Assembly (NCBI RefSeq): GCF_964213995.1
Contig: NW_027590120.1
Location: forward strand, 1,116,001 to 1,180,000
Source: Mustelus asterias
Lineage: Eukaryota
Reading direction: 5' to 3'
Length of the DNA stretch: 64,000 bases
Below the pieces are notes generated by a model, which worked only from the letters and a program-made list of their open reading frames with translations, made no database searches and was not told the origin of the DNA. Each line of letters opens with the position of its first letter. Position 1 is the stretch's first letter. The position numbers were made by a program, and so were the translations under genes. Positions 47,233-59,400 of this stretch are shown one piece after another.

Positions 47233-48056
47233 ATTGACAGATCCATGCTCACTGCTTCCTGCCCTGGATGCAGAGTGCTGAAAATACTGCGGGTGCTGGA
47301 ATCTGAAACAGAAACAGAAAATGCTGGAAATCTCAGCATCTGTGGAGAGAGAATAGAGTTAATACTTCCCGTCTGGATGATCACAGATGCTGCCAGACCT
47401 GCTGAGGTTTTCCAGCACTTCCTGTTTTTGATTAACTGAAGGTTCAGCAGGGAACGAAGCAGCGAACTGAACACACTGAACCCAGGAGGAAGGGGTGACG
47501 CAGGATAAGGGACAAGCGCAGCTCAGTGAGGCTCTGCAAAGTCCAGCAACTCATCCACATTGAGAGCTGAGAGCGCCAAGGGGGAGGGGAAGGAGAAACT
47601 ATTTGGGGCACAGCAGGAGGTCACCCCTCCCCCCACTCTGGTTCCACATCCCTCCCACACCTGGGCAAGGTTGGCTCAAGGTGCAGGAAGCTGCAAGCTG
47701 AGAGGCTGAGCTGTGAACTGGGCCGGGTTGGGGGTTGAGTGACAGTCCTGGGGCTATTTCAGGACAGGAACAGCCACAGATTCCCCCTTTTTCCTGGGAC
47801 GTTTCACTGGAGCTGTGTTGGTGAGTGTTTGTGATCTGTGTCTCACTGTCTCGGTAATGGGGGTGGGTTGTAGATTGCTGTGAGTGTTAGACTAAATAAC
47901 CTCTCCTCATGCTGCCAGTTCCAGTCTGCAGACTCCATTTCTCAGTCCAGTTTGCTGCTCTGTCTCTGTCTCTCTGTACTTTGCTGCAGTGCTCCACATT
48001 CTGAGCAACATCCAGCCCATTGTTATCACCCGAAATTTGCGGCAAACTCCCTTCAC

Positions 48057-48730
48057 TGTGGCACAGTGGTTCGCACTGCTGCCTCACAGTGCCAGGGTTC
48101 GACTCCAGCCGTGGGTGTGTGACTGTCAGTGTGGAGTTTGCACAGTAAGAAGTCTCACAATATCAGGTTAAAGTCCACTAAGTTATTTGGAATCAATGCA
48201 AATTACTGCGGATTCTGGAATCTGAAACCAAAAGAGAAAATGCTGGAAAACCTCAGCAGGTCTGGCAGCATCTGTAAGGAGAGAAAAGAACTGACATTTT
48301 GAGTCCAGATGACCGTTTGTCAAAGCTGCTCCTTCATCAGCTCTCCAAAAGCTCGTAGTTCCAAATAACCTGGTGTTGTGAGACTTCTTACTGTGCCCAC
48401 CCCAGTCCAACATCTCCACCTCAGGTGTGGAGTTTGCACAATCTCCCCCAGTCTGTGTGCATTTCCTCTGGGTGCTCTGGTTTCCTCTCACTGATGTGGA
48501 GATGCCGGCGTTGGACTGGGGTAAACACAGTAAGAAGTTTAACAACACCAGGTTAAAGTCCAACAGGTTTATTTGGTAGCCACACAGAAGAAAAAGGTCA
48601 GGATGGGGATTCGCAGGGTCAGTGCGTGGGGTTACTGGGATAGGAGGTGAGCCTGGGAAAGATGCTCTCAGAGTCAGTACAGACTCAATGGGTAAAATGG
48701 CCTCTTCCTGCACTGTCAGGATTCTATGAT
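48057..48730 (+). mobile_element. HE1 SINE fragmented by several Penelope-like pLTR insertions
   Basis: HE1 pieces at 48057-48143, 48425-48492 and 48600-48730 alternate with pLTR family-1 and family-2 pieces. Confidence 0.65.
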
Positions 48731-49153
48731 TAGTGAATTACGGTGAGCAACTTTTGAATAGAGGGGTTTCTGGGGCGCAGAGCATTGTGGGAAATGTGAC
48801 TGCCATTAGTCAGTGCCTGACTCCAGATGTTTCATTATAGACTGAGGGCAAGTCAGCAACCTGAGTCCTCAATAATGTTTGTAACTCTCACAGGCTGCCC
48901 AGTCTGCTGAATATCTCGATGATCCTCAGTTCCTGGCCTCCTGCGTGTTTTATTTTTATTGTTGCTTCGGTCTGGACTCTATTCATCACCTGTCTCTATG
49001 GGTTTTCTCTCAATCCCCTTTTTTGTGTTTTGAATCAGCTTCAAAGGGACTAGAAGGGGACGATTTGCAGTCAGGAAACTGAAAGTAAATATCATATCAG
49101 GAACTGCCAGAGTCGTCTAATTTATCATAACTGAATATCAGTGGATTTTGAAC

Positions 49154-50359
49154 ATGGAAGGAAAAAGCACTATTCACAGTGGGGAGAATCCGTACACGGG
49201 TTCTGTGTGTAGACGAGGCTTCAGCCGATCCTCTGGCCTGTCAAAACGTAAGTGCAGTCACTCCATGGAAAAACTGTGGAAATGTGTGGACTGTGGGAAG
49301 GAATTTAATTCCCCATCCCAGCTGGAAACTCATCGGCGCAGTCACACTGGGGAGAGGCCGTTCACCTGCCCTGAGTGTGGGAAGGGATTCACTCAGTCAT
49401 CCCACCTACTTACTCATCAGCGAGTTCACACTGATGAGAGACCTTTCCAATGCTCAGACTGTGGGAAGTGCTTCAAAAGTTCTTGGGAACTGATGTCCCA
49501 TCAACGTGTTCACACTGATGAGAGACCATTCAGGTGCTCCCACTGTGGGATTGGGTTCCAGCATTCACATAACCTCACTGTACACCAGCGAGTTCACACT
49601 GGGGAGAGACCATTCACCTGCTCCGCGTGTGGAAAGGGATTCACTCGGTCATCCCAACTATTGACACACCAGCGAGTTCACACTGGGGAGAGACCTTTTA
49701 AATGCTCTGACTGTGAGAAGTGCTATAAAAGTTCTGATGAACTGATGTCCCATCAACGTGTTCACACTGATGAGAGACCATTCAGGTGCTCTCACTGCGG
49801 GGCTGGGTTCAAGCGATCATATGACCTCATTCCACACCAGCGCATCCACACTGGGGAAAGGCCATTCACCTGCTCCGAGTGTGGAAAGGGATTCACTCGG
49901 TCATCCCGCCTGCTGCAACACCAGCGAGTTCACACTGGGGAGAGGCCATTCACGTGCTCCTACTGTGGGAAGGGATTCACTCGGTCATCCCACCTATTGA
50001 CACACCAGCGAGTTCACACCGGGGAGAGACCTTTTAAATGCTCTGACTGTGAGAAGTGCTATAAAAGTTCTGATGAACTGATGTCCCATCAACGTGTTCA
50101 CACTGATGAGAGACCGTTCAGGTGCTCTCACTGTGGGACTGGGTTCAGGCGATCATATGATCTCATTCTACACCAGCGCACCCACACTGGGGAAAAGCCA
50201 TTCACCTGCTCTGAATGTGGGAAGGGATTCATTCAGTCCTCCACCCTGCTGAGACACAAGCGAGCTCACACTGGGGAGAGGCCATTCAGCTGCTCTGAGA
50301 GTGGGAAGAGATTCACTCGGTCATCCCACCTACTTAGACACCAAAGAATTCACGAGTAA
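49154..50359 (+). CDS. C2H2 zinc-finger protein G (12 canonical and 2 degenerate fingers), intact
   Basis: ATG at 49154, open frame to TAA, TGERPF/TDERPF linkers, aataaa at about 50471. Confidence 0.9.
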   Translation: MEGKSTIHSGENPYTGSVCRRGFSRSSGLSKRKCSHSMEKLWKCVDCGKEFNSPSQLETHRRSHTGERPFTCPECGKGFTQSSHLLTHQRVHTDERPFQCSDCGKCFKSSWELMSHQRVHTDERPFRCSHCGIGFQHSHNLTVHQRVHTGERPFTCSACGKGFTRSSQLLTHQRVHTGERPFKCSDCEKCYKSSDELMSHQRVHTDERPFRCSHCGAGFKRSYDLIPHQRIHTGERPFTCSECGKGFTRSSRLLQHQRVHTGERPFTCSYCGKGFTRSSHLLTHQRVHTGERPFKCSDCEKCYKSSDELMSHQRVHTDERPFRCSHCGTGFRRSYDLILHQRTHTGEKPFTCSECGKGFIQSSTLLRHKRAHTGERPFSCSESGKRFTRSSHLLRHQRIHE

Positions 50360-50559
50360 CCACAGTGATTGGAATCTGCTGCTAATCCTATCCAGGACTG
50401 TAATATGTTCATTGCGTTTGTTTTTGTTGATGTTAATGAACTCCAGCCAGTTATACTGTTTAATATTCTGAATAAAAGTCAAATAAATTATCTTTGTGTT
50501 CAGTACTGTGAATCTTTTTAATATCATCAGCACAACTGAATTCCTTTTGAGTTGCTCTC

Positions 50560-50995
50560 CCATTGTCCCTCATCCAGCTTCACCTCCCCACAAGTGCTCA
50601 TTGGGAATAAAACTCACAATCTTCTTTGTCACTAAGTTTGAGACAATCCAATCAGCTGTCTCTACTGCTTCCCTCCTTCCCCTAACCCACTGGAACAAAC
50701 CTCCTCTAACGCTCCCCTTTGTCTGAGCTCTGAACTCTCATCTTGCTGCAGTTTCTCTCCTGCCTCCCCTCATGTCCTCTTAGAGCTCATCTTGCCCATG
50801 AGACCCATCTCTTGATCCCTCAATCCTATTCCCACTGTCCTACTGACAGCACAACTTCTCCATATCAGCTGATATTGTCAATATCTTCCTCTCCTTCAAA
50901 TCCGATATCATCACCCACTTCTCAATAAAATATCTTTGACACATGCCCTTGTAAACTACCATCCCATCTCCCTTTCCTCTCTAAAGTCCTTGAAT
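50560..50995 (+). mobile_element. L2-type LINE relic downstream of locus G
   Basis: FFVTKFETIQSA homology, paralogous to 44200-44380. Confidence 0.55.
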
Positions 50996-51317
50996 GTTTT
51001 ACCTTCCACATATTGTAACTTGTTTTCCCTTTATCATTGTGTATAGTAAAGTTTATTTTGTTTGTGCAGAATCTGTGGAATCTTTTGCCTTTATTCACTT
51101 GTTAAGTGTCTTGAATCTCCACCGCTGTCAATTTTATACAAACTCACCCAAATCTAAAAACTATTTTGTGGGAATTGGGGGAATAGAACAGAAGATGGGT
51201 TTCTGCTGCTAAGTTACAATCCCAGCTGATGTTACTTCTGGACTTCTGGACAGGAAGGTCCCAGAATAAAATCCTGGCTCAATTGACCATAACTTTTACC
51301 TTTTTGTTTTAGAAATG

Positions 51318-54300
51318 TTTAATGATGGATTCCAGCATTTTCCCAACTACGGATGTTAAGCTAACCGGGCTGTAGTTACCCGCCTTTTGTCTACCTCCTT
51401 TTTTAAACAGTGGCATCACATTAGCTGTTTTCCAATCAGCTGGCACATCCCCAGAGTCCAGTGAATTTTGATAAATTACAACCAACGCATCTGCTATTAC
51501 TTCTGCCATTTCTATCAGGACCCTGGGATGCATTCCATCCGGGCCCGGGGACTTGTCTACCTTTAGTCCCATTAGCCAACCAAGCACTACCTCTTTAGTA
51601 ATAGTAATCGTTTTAAGGACCTCACCCCCTATAGTCCCACAACCGTCAATTTTCGGTAAGCTATTTGTGTCCTCTACCGTGAAGACCGACACAAAAAACT
51701 TGTTTAAGGCCTTGGCCATTTCCTCGTTTCCCATTATTCAATCCTCCTTCTCGTCTTCTAAGGGTCCAACATTTACTTTAGCTACTCTTTTCCTTTTTAT
51801 ACATTTGTAAAAACTTTTGCTATCAGTTTTTATATTTTGTGCTAGTTTAGTTTCATAATCTATCTTTCCTTTCTTTCTCGCTTTCTTAGTCGTTCTTTGT
51901 TGTTTTTTAAAGCTTTCCCAACCTTCTAATCCCCCACTAGTTTTGGCCACTCTGTACGCATCGGTTTTTAATTTAATACTCTCCTTTATTTCCTTAGTTA
52001 TCCACGGCTGGTTATCCCTTTTCTTACATTCCTTCTTTAACATAGAAACATAGAAAACTGCAGCACAAAACAGGCCCTTCGGCCCCACAAGTTGTGCCGA
52101 ACATATCCCGACCTTTTAGGCCTACCTATAACCCTCCATCCTATTAAGTCCCATGTACTCATCCAGGAGTCTCTTAAAAGACCCTACTGACTTTGCCTCC
52201 ACCACCACTGACGGCAGCCAATTCCATTCGCCCACCACCCTCCATGTGATAAACTTCCCCCGAACATCTCCCCTGCACCTACACCCCAGCACCTTAAACC
52301 TGTGTCCTCTCGTAGCAGCCATTTCCACCCTGGGAAAAAGCCTCTGAGAGTCCACCCGATCTATGCCCCTCAACATCTTATATACCTCTATTAGGTCTCC
52401 CCTCATCCTACGTCTCTCCAAGGAGAAAAGACCGAGCTCCCTCAGCCTATCCTCATAAGGCATGCCACTCAATCCAGGCAACATCCCTGTAAATCGCCTC
52501 TGCACCCTTTCAATCTTTTCCACATCCTTCCTGTAATGAGGCGACCAGAACTGAGCACAGTACTCCAAGTGGGGTCTGACGAGGGTCTTATATGGCTGCA
52601 TCATTATCCCCGGACTCCGAAACTCAATCCCTCGATTGATAAAGGTCAGCACACCATACGCCTTCTTAACCACCTCCTCTACTTGTGGGGCCGATTTTAG
52701 AGCCCTATGGACCCGGACCCCAAGGTCCTTCTGATCCTCTACAGTACTAAGAGTCTTTCCCTTTATATTGTACTCCTTCATCCCATTTGACCTGCCAAAA
52801 TGGACCACTACGCATTTATCTGGGTTGAAGTCCATCTGCCACTTCTCTGCCCAGACTTGCATCCTATCTATGTCCCTCTGTAACTTCTGACATCCCTCCA
52901 GACTATCCACAACCCCACCAACCTTCGTGTCGTCGGCAAACTTACCAACCCATCCCTCCAATTCCTCATCCAGGTCATTTATGAAAATGACAAACAGCAA
53001 GGGTCCGAGAACAGATCCCTGGGGCACACCACTGGTGACCAACCTCCATTTAGAAAAAGACCCATCTATACCTTCATCTTGCCTCCTTTGGGCAAGCCAG
53101 TTCTGGATCCACAGGGCAGCAGCCCCTTGGATCCCATGCCCTCTCACTTTTTCGAGAAGCCTTGCATGGGGGACCTTATCAAACGCCTTGCTAAAATCCA
53201 TATAAACCACATCTACCGCTTTCCCTTCGTCAATGTGTTTAGTCACATTTTCGAAGAACTCCACCAGGCTCGTAAGGCACGATCTGCCTGTGACAAAGCC
53301 ATGCTGAGTATTCTTGAGCATACTAAACCTCTCTAAATGCTCATAAATCTTGTCCCTCAGGATCTTCTCCATCAGCTTACCAACCACTGAGGTTAGACTC
53401 ACCGGTTGGTAATTTCCTGGGCTATCCCTATTCCCCTTCTTGAAAATAGGAACCACATCCGCAATCCTCCAATCCTCCGGCACCTCTCCCGTCTCCATCG
53501 ACGACGCAAAGATCATTGCCAGAGGCTCTGCAATCTCTTCCCTCACCTCCCACAGTAACCTGGGGTACATCTCATGCGGACCCGGCGACTGATCTATCTT
53601 GATGCCATTCAAAGATTCCAGCACAACCTCTTTATTAAAGTCCACATACTCAATCTTTTCAGTCCACCGCAAGCCCACAGTACATCCATCCATGTCCTTC
53701 TCCTCTGTGAAAACCGAGGCAAAATACTCATTAAGCACCTCTGCCATTTCTACTGGTTCCGTACTGATTTTCCCGCCTTCACCTTTTATAGGCCCTATTC
53801 CTTCACGTCTCATCCTTTTACTCTTCACATATTTATAGAACGCCTTAGGGTTTTCCTTAATTCTACTTGCCAAGGCTTTCTCGTGACCCCTACTGGCTCT
53901 CCAAACTTCCTTCTTTAGTCCCTTCCTACAAGCCGTATACTCTTCTAAATCCCTATCTTCGCCAAGCTCTCTGAGCCTTTTGTACGCTTCCTTTCTTCTC
54001 GACTTGGTCCCGCACAGCTTTCGTGCACCATGGTTCCTTTAACCTACCAACTCCTCCCTGTCTGCTCGGAACATTGTCCTGTAGAACCCTAGACAGACAT
54101 TCCTTGAAAAACTGCCACCTCTCTTCAGTAGATTTCCCCGAGAATCCCTCCTTCCAATTTACTCCTCTAATTTGCTGCCTTATGTCTTCATATTTCCCCT
54201 TTATCACAGGAATATATTTTTGCTGACTACTGAGAAAAATCTCCTTAAATATCCGCCACTGTTGCTCAGCTGTCCGACCAACTAGTCTGCGCTCCCAGTC

Positions 54301-56384
54301 TACATTAGCCAATTCTGCCCTCATCCTATTGTACTCCCCTCTGTTCAAGCAGAGGACACTGGTTTGGGACCCTATTTTCTCTCCCTCCATTTGTATTAGA
54401 AATTCAACCATATTGTGATCACTCATTCCAAGAGGATTCCTCACAAGAAGATCATTAATTTTACCTGTCTCATGACACAGGACCAAATCCAAGATAGCTT
54501 GCTCCCTCGTAGGTTCTGTAACATACTGTCCGAGGAGACTATCCCGACAGCATTCTAAGAACTCTTCCTCAAGTCCACCGTGTCCGACTTGAGTCAACCA
54601 ATCAATATGCAGGTTAAAATCCCCCATGATTATTGCTGTTCCGTTTTTGCACGCATCCATTATTTGCTTTTTTGTAGCCCGACCCACCTCAAAGTTATTA
54701 TTTGGGGGCCTATAGACCACACCCACCGGTGACTTTCTCCCCTTACTATTCCTTATCTCCACCCACAACGATTCCACATTCTGCTCCTGAGAGCCTATAT
54801 CGTCTCTCACTACCGCCCTGATGTTATCTTTAATTAACAGAGCTATCCCACCTCCTTTTCCTTCCTGTCTATCCTTCTGAAATGTCTGATACCCCTGGAT
54901 ATTCAGTTCCCAGTCCTGGTCACCCTGCAACCACGTTTCTGTAATGGCCACTAGATCATACCCATTTGTACTGATTTGTGCCATCAACACATTCACTTTG
55001 TTTCAAATGCTACGTGCATTCAGATAAAGTGTCTTTATGCTGGCCTTTATATGGACCTGATTTGTTAGTGCATTCTTTTGATTGCACGCTCTGTCCCTAC
55101 CTGTCGCAAACTGGTTATCCTTCCCCAGACCATCTCCTTGCAGTGCGTTAACCACCTCCCTTCTTGTGTTTGTCACCTTTTTCACTCTGCCTGAGCCCTT
55201 GACTCCTTTAACTCGGTGAATGTCCTCATCATTAACCCTCACTCGTACCCTCTCCTTTACCTTTGATTTTGTAATTCCCCATACCCCTGAACCCTCCCTC
55301 CCTCACACCCCCCCCTCCCCACCTCACTATTCAGTTTAAAGCCCTATTTACAGCCCTGGTTATACGATTCGCCAGGACTCTGGTCCCAGCATGATTCAGA
55401 CGAAGACCATCCCATCTGAACAGGTCCCATCTTCCCCAATACTGGTGCCAATGTCCCATGAATTCAAACCCATTCCTCCCACACCAATCTTTGAGCCACA
55501 CATTTACCTCCTTAATCTTATTGACCCTACGCCAATTTGCTTGTGGCTCAGGTAGTAATCCAGAGATTACCACCTTGTTGGTTCTGCTTTTTAATTTGGC
55601 TCCTAGCTTTTCATACTCCCTCTGCAGAACCTTTGTTCCTGTTCTGCCTATGTCGTTGGCACCTACGTGGACCACTACAACTGGATTCTTACTCTCCCAA
55701 TCCAAGTTCCTCTGCAGCCCAGATGAGATATCCTGGACCCGAGCACCAGGCAGGCAACACAACCTTTGGTATTCTCAATCTTGGTCACAAAGAACAGTGT
55801 CAATGCCCCGAACTACACTATCCCCAATTACCACTACATTTCTTTTTTCTTCCTCCACCTGAACGGCTCCCTGTACCACGGTGCCGTGGGCAGTTTGCTC
55901 ATCCTCCTTGCAGCCCCCGTTCCCGTCCACACTGGGAGCAAGAATCTCAAACTTGTTGCACAGATTCAGGGACTGAGGCTCTTGCAACTCTACCTTCTGG
56001 ATCCCACTTCCTGCCTTGCTCGCAGCCACACCCTCTTGTCCCTGACCCCCGGCTGAATTAGTTAGTCTAAGGGGTGTGACTGCCTCCTGAAACACAGCGT
56101 CCAGGTAACTCTTCCCCTCCCTGATATGTCGCAGTGTCTGAAGCTCAGACTCCAGCTCATCAACCCTGAGCCGGAGTACCTCAAGCAACCAACACTTACT
56201 GCAGACATGCTCACTGGGAACCACAGTGGGGTCCACCAGCTCCCACATAATGCAGAAACAACACATTATTTCCCAAGAGGAAGTAAAGTTTTGCCCCCTC
56301 TCCTCGGGAATGAGAAATTCCTCCTGAATACACTCAACAAATTTTGCTCCATCCAACCGTCTAATACGATGGCTGTCCCAGTCA
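51318..56384 (-). mobile_element. CR1 host element (ORF1, APE, start of RT) containing a nested younger CR1
   Basis: ORF1 CCFCIMWE...CSKC and esterase at 55331-56270, APE at 54204-55030, continuation at 51318-52039 (KKECKKRD...PVSLTSVVGK). Confidence 0.88.
52040..54198 (-). mobile_element. Nested young CR1, 5'-truncated, with 583-aa open RT frame (52122-53873)
   Basis: (ctatgttt)n tail; cttta duplicated at 52035-52039 and 54199-54203. Same subfamily as the element at 1-2131. Confidence 0.9.
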
Positions 56385-56430
56385 ACCTCTAATGCCCAAA
56401 GCGAAAATCATGCCCCTAGACCAACGAGCC
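56385..56430 (-). pseudogene. tRNA-Pro(TGG) 5' fragment
   Basis: GGCTCGTTGGTCTAGGGGCATGATTTTCGCTTTGGGCATTAGAGGT matches the vertebrate tRNA-Pro 5' two-thirds. The anticodon stem is mispaired and the T-arm is replaced by CR1 sequence. Confidence 0.8.
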
Positions 56431-57517
56431 TACGCAACCGGCGCTTTCACCGAAATATAACTGGTTTGCTTGTATCCAAAGCAGCTCAGAAATCCTTGGC
56501 AAAAGCCTGAAATTGTTGAACAAACGCAGCACGTTAGTATTTTGCTAACTCGACTGTTTGGAACTGGGTGCTGTCGTGTATAAAATACAGATGTTACCCG
56601 CTACACTACACAAAGAATGTCGAGTGCCAAACTGAATGAACGTGAATATTTTCTTATGAGTCCACCTCCTCCAAAGACAACCTTTTTCCAGATATGGGTC
56701 ACTGAGATTCTGTCACTCAGCCACTGTCCTCAGCAGTAAAGACAGAAGGAGAAGCGGTGACTTTCCAATATTAAATTATACAATTATATAAATCGCGGCA
56801 TATATTAAATTTATAATGTTAAATTTTACTCTCTGAAAAGAGGAAAATTCTAAACATATCAACTGAGTCGCCTTTGTACCTTCTTGTTTGTAAGCAAAAT
56901 AAACCAAATTAGTCTGTTGATCCCTGGCACTATTCTGATTTATAACCATAAGCCTTTAAGACGATAAGATATAGGAGTAGCATTAGACCATTCGACCCAT
57001 CAAGTCTGCTCCGCCATTCAATTGTGGCTGCTAAGTTTCTCATCCCCATTCTCCCGCCTTTTCCCGGAAACTTTGATCCCCTTACAAATCAAAAACATAT
57101 CTACTCAATGACCTGACCTCCACATCCTTCTGTGGCAATGAATTCCATCGATTCACCACCCACTGGCTGAAGAAATTCCTCCTCATCTCTACTTTAAAGG
57201 ATCGTCCCTTTACTCTGAGGCTGTGCCCTTGGATCCTCGTCTCTCTGACTTACACGGATATATCTCCCCCAGCACCGCACTTTTCCCAAAGTCTTGGTAT
57301 GCTCTGGACTTCGGTGTACCCGGGATTTGAACAGAGAATTCCAGGAATGATGCCCGCAGGTTTAGCATCATTCTACGATGTAAGTAGGAAACGTAACAAG
57401 GACTTTCTACAGAGCACCAATTCGGATTCCTGGGCAGCATTTGCGCCTTGGTATGTGTTGGAGTAAACCCTGAATCGACTCAACAGCCAAATGCGAACTT
57501 GCATTAAACAACATTTG

Positions 57518-57533
57518 TCAGCAGAGGGCGCCA
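57518..57533 (+). promoter_or_regulatory. CTCF-like motif upstream of the V gene
   Basis: tcagcagagggcgcca matches the CCAGCAGRGGGCGC core apart from the first base. Confidence 0.55.
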
Positions 57534-57817
57534 ATCTCGAGCCCGGTTTTGGAGTGGGGAGGGATGCTGGGGGGGGGGGGGGGGGGGGGGAGGGGCGGCG
57601 CTACAATCTCACGTGACATTATCACTGGAGCCTGTATGGATGGTAGGCTGCTGAGGTCACAATAGACTCCACTTCCCCTCCCCACAATCACACCCACACA
57701 GACAAACTGACTCACACTCACTCACACTGCAATCAACGGAGCAGAGTCTGGGTTCCCGCTCTCTTTCTCACTCTCTGACTCCTCCATTCTCATTCACTGA
57801 AATAAATCCACTCGGAC

Positions 57818-57851
57818 ATGTTTCTGATCATTCTGGCGGCGCTCTTGCACA
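57818..57851 (+). CDS. TCR V-gene leader exon (MFLIILAALLH-S)
   Basis: ATG, hydrophobic peptide, phase-1 donor a|gtaagt. Confidence 0.85.
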
Positions 57852-58012
57852 GTAAGTACCGGATAACGTTCATCAAACCACGGAAACATATTTATACACA
57901 AAGATGCCAATTTAATTAACCATCAAAAATATCCATGTGAGGTGTAGATGGGAGGTTCCACAAACTATAAATTTACATGAACTCTTGATATTTAATTCCT
58001 CTACCTTTACAG

Positions 58013-58305
58013 GTGGACTGTGCGCAGATCCAGTAACTCAGTCACCGGTGACAATAACAGCATCAGAAGGGGATTCGGTGCAGTTGGATTGTAACTATAC
58101 AGACAAGGATATGAGCTACATGCAATGGTATCAGCAGAAACCGGCACAGCCACCGAGACGGGTTATGACCAATGCATTAGTAGTGGAGGAAAATGAAGTT
58201 TCAGGACGATATCTGGCGGCTACTGACAAGTCCACACAGAGCGGCTCCCTCAATATAAGCGCCCTCAGTTCGGAGGACGGAGCGGTCTATTACTGTGCAG
58301 TGAGG
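58013..58305 (+). CDS. T-cell receptor alpha/delta-like variable (V) gene segment, open frame
   Basis: Acceptor ctacctttacag|gt joins the leader in frame. GLCA-DPVTQSP...EGDSVQLDC...WYQQKP...GRY...GSLNISAL..ED.AVYYCAVR has both Ig cysteines and the tryptophan. Confidence 0.88.
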
Positions 58306-58344
58306 CACAGCGTTAGATTACAGCTGAAACCCCGTACAAAAACC
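58306..58344 (+). other. Recombination signal sequence, 23-bp spacer
   Basis: Heptamer cacagcg at 58306-58312, spacer 58313-58335 (23 nt), consensus nonamer acaaaaacc at 58336-58344. Confidence 0.92.
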
Positions 58345-58774
58345 TCAGCGCGTATTTACAACTCCATGAAGATGTTTTGATCACGTGTTCACGAAGGCGG
58401 CGATTCTATTTACCGGACAATTTGACCTTGTTCAAATCATCATAGAAGCACTTTGGTAAATCTCGAGACTAAACTCCATGCCGCGATTTATATAGTAAGC
58501 AGATACCAGGAGTATCGAGCTATCAGCTGAAGGATGCGGTCAGAAGTGGAGGTAATATAGCAGAAAATTACCGGCTGTTCATCCAGAATTGTTAACTCAG
58601 ATGAGCCCACGGACACAGACTCCTCGGCATTCGTCCGATAACTCAATGCAGAATGGATCAAAGTCTGCTGAAGTTCATAACAAATGAGATGTAGAATAAC
58701 CGCCACATAGACTCACTTAGCAACACGACTATTATTATACATCCGGGACAGAGACTCACCTCGCAGCACGAAGA

Positions 58775-59400
58775 TAGTCTATTCCCGCAGCTGACATTGG
58801 TGTATTGTGTGGTGGTGAACTGCCTTCTTGTGGTCCCTGATGTGCAGGTACACACACTGTGCTGTTACTGAGGGAGTTCCAGTGATTTGACCCAGTGACC
58901 GTGAAGGAACAACGATATATTTCCATGTAGGGATGTAGAATAACTTGGAAGGGAACCTCGAGGTTGTGGTGTTCCCATGTGCCCGCTGCCCTTCTTCTCC
59001 TAGATGGCAGTGCTCGTGTGTTTGGATTGTGCTGCCCAAAAAAAAAACCTTGGTGAGTTGCTGCAGTGTATCCTGCAGATGGTGCACACGGCTGTCACTG
59101 TTCGTCTGTGGTGGCAGGAATGAATGTTCATGCAATGGGTAGCAATCAAGCGGGCTGATTTGTCCTGCATTCTGTTGAGCCTCTTGAGTGTGGTTGCAGC
59201 TACACTCATCCAAGCAAGTAGAGGGTATTCCATCTCACTCCTGACTTGTACCTTGTAGATGGTGGACAGGCTTTGGGGAGTCAGGAGGTGAGTTACTCGC
59301 CGCAGGATTCCTAACCTTTGATCAGCTCTGGTAGCCACTGTATTTATATTCCTGGGTCCAGTTCAGTTTTCTGTCAACTCCCAGGATGTTGATGGGGTGG
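58775..59400 (-). mobile_element. 3' part of the same LINE family as 28545-29400
   Basis: QRLGILRRVTHLLTPQSLSTIYKVQVRSEMEY in ORF 59000-59338. Confidence 0.75.

Noticed and set aside
48781-48799. ZNF143-like motif (ttcccacaatgc on the minus strand) upstream of locus G
   Set aside because: A single short match outside a CpG island is not enough to call a promoter.
57310-57375. B-box-like gttcaaatccc (minus strand) and gaatgatgc/gcatcattc hairpin as the missing tRNA half or another Pol III RNA
   Set aside because: It lies on the wrong side of the tRNA fragment, and no cloverleaf or A-box fits.
58440-58480. tttggtaaa (FGK) as a J segment
   Set aside because: No FGxG motif, upstream 12-RSS or donor.
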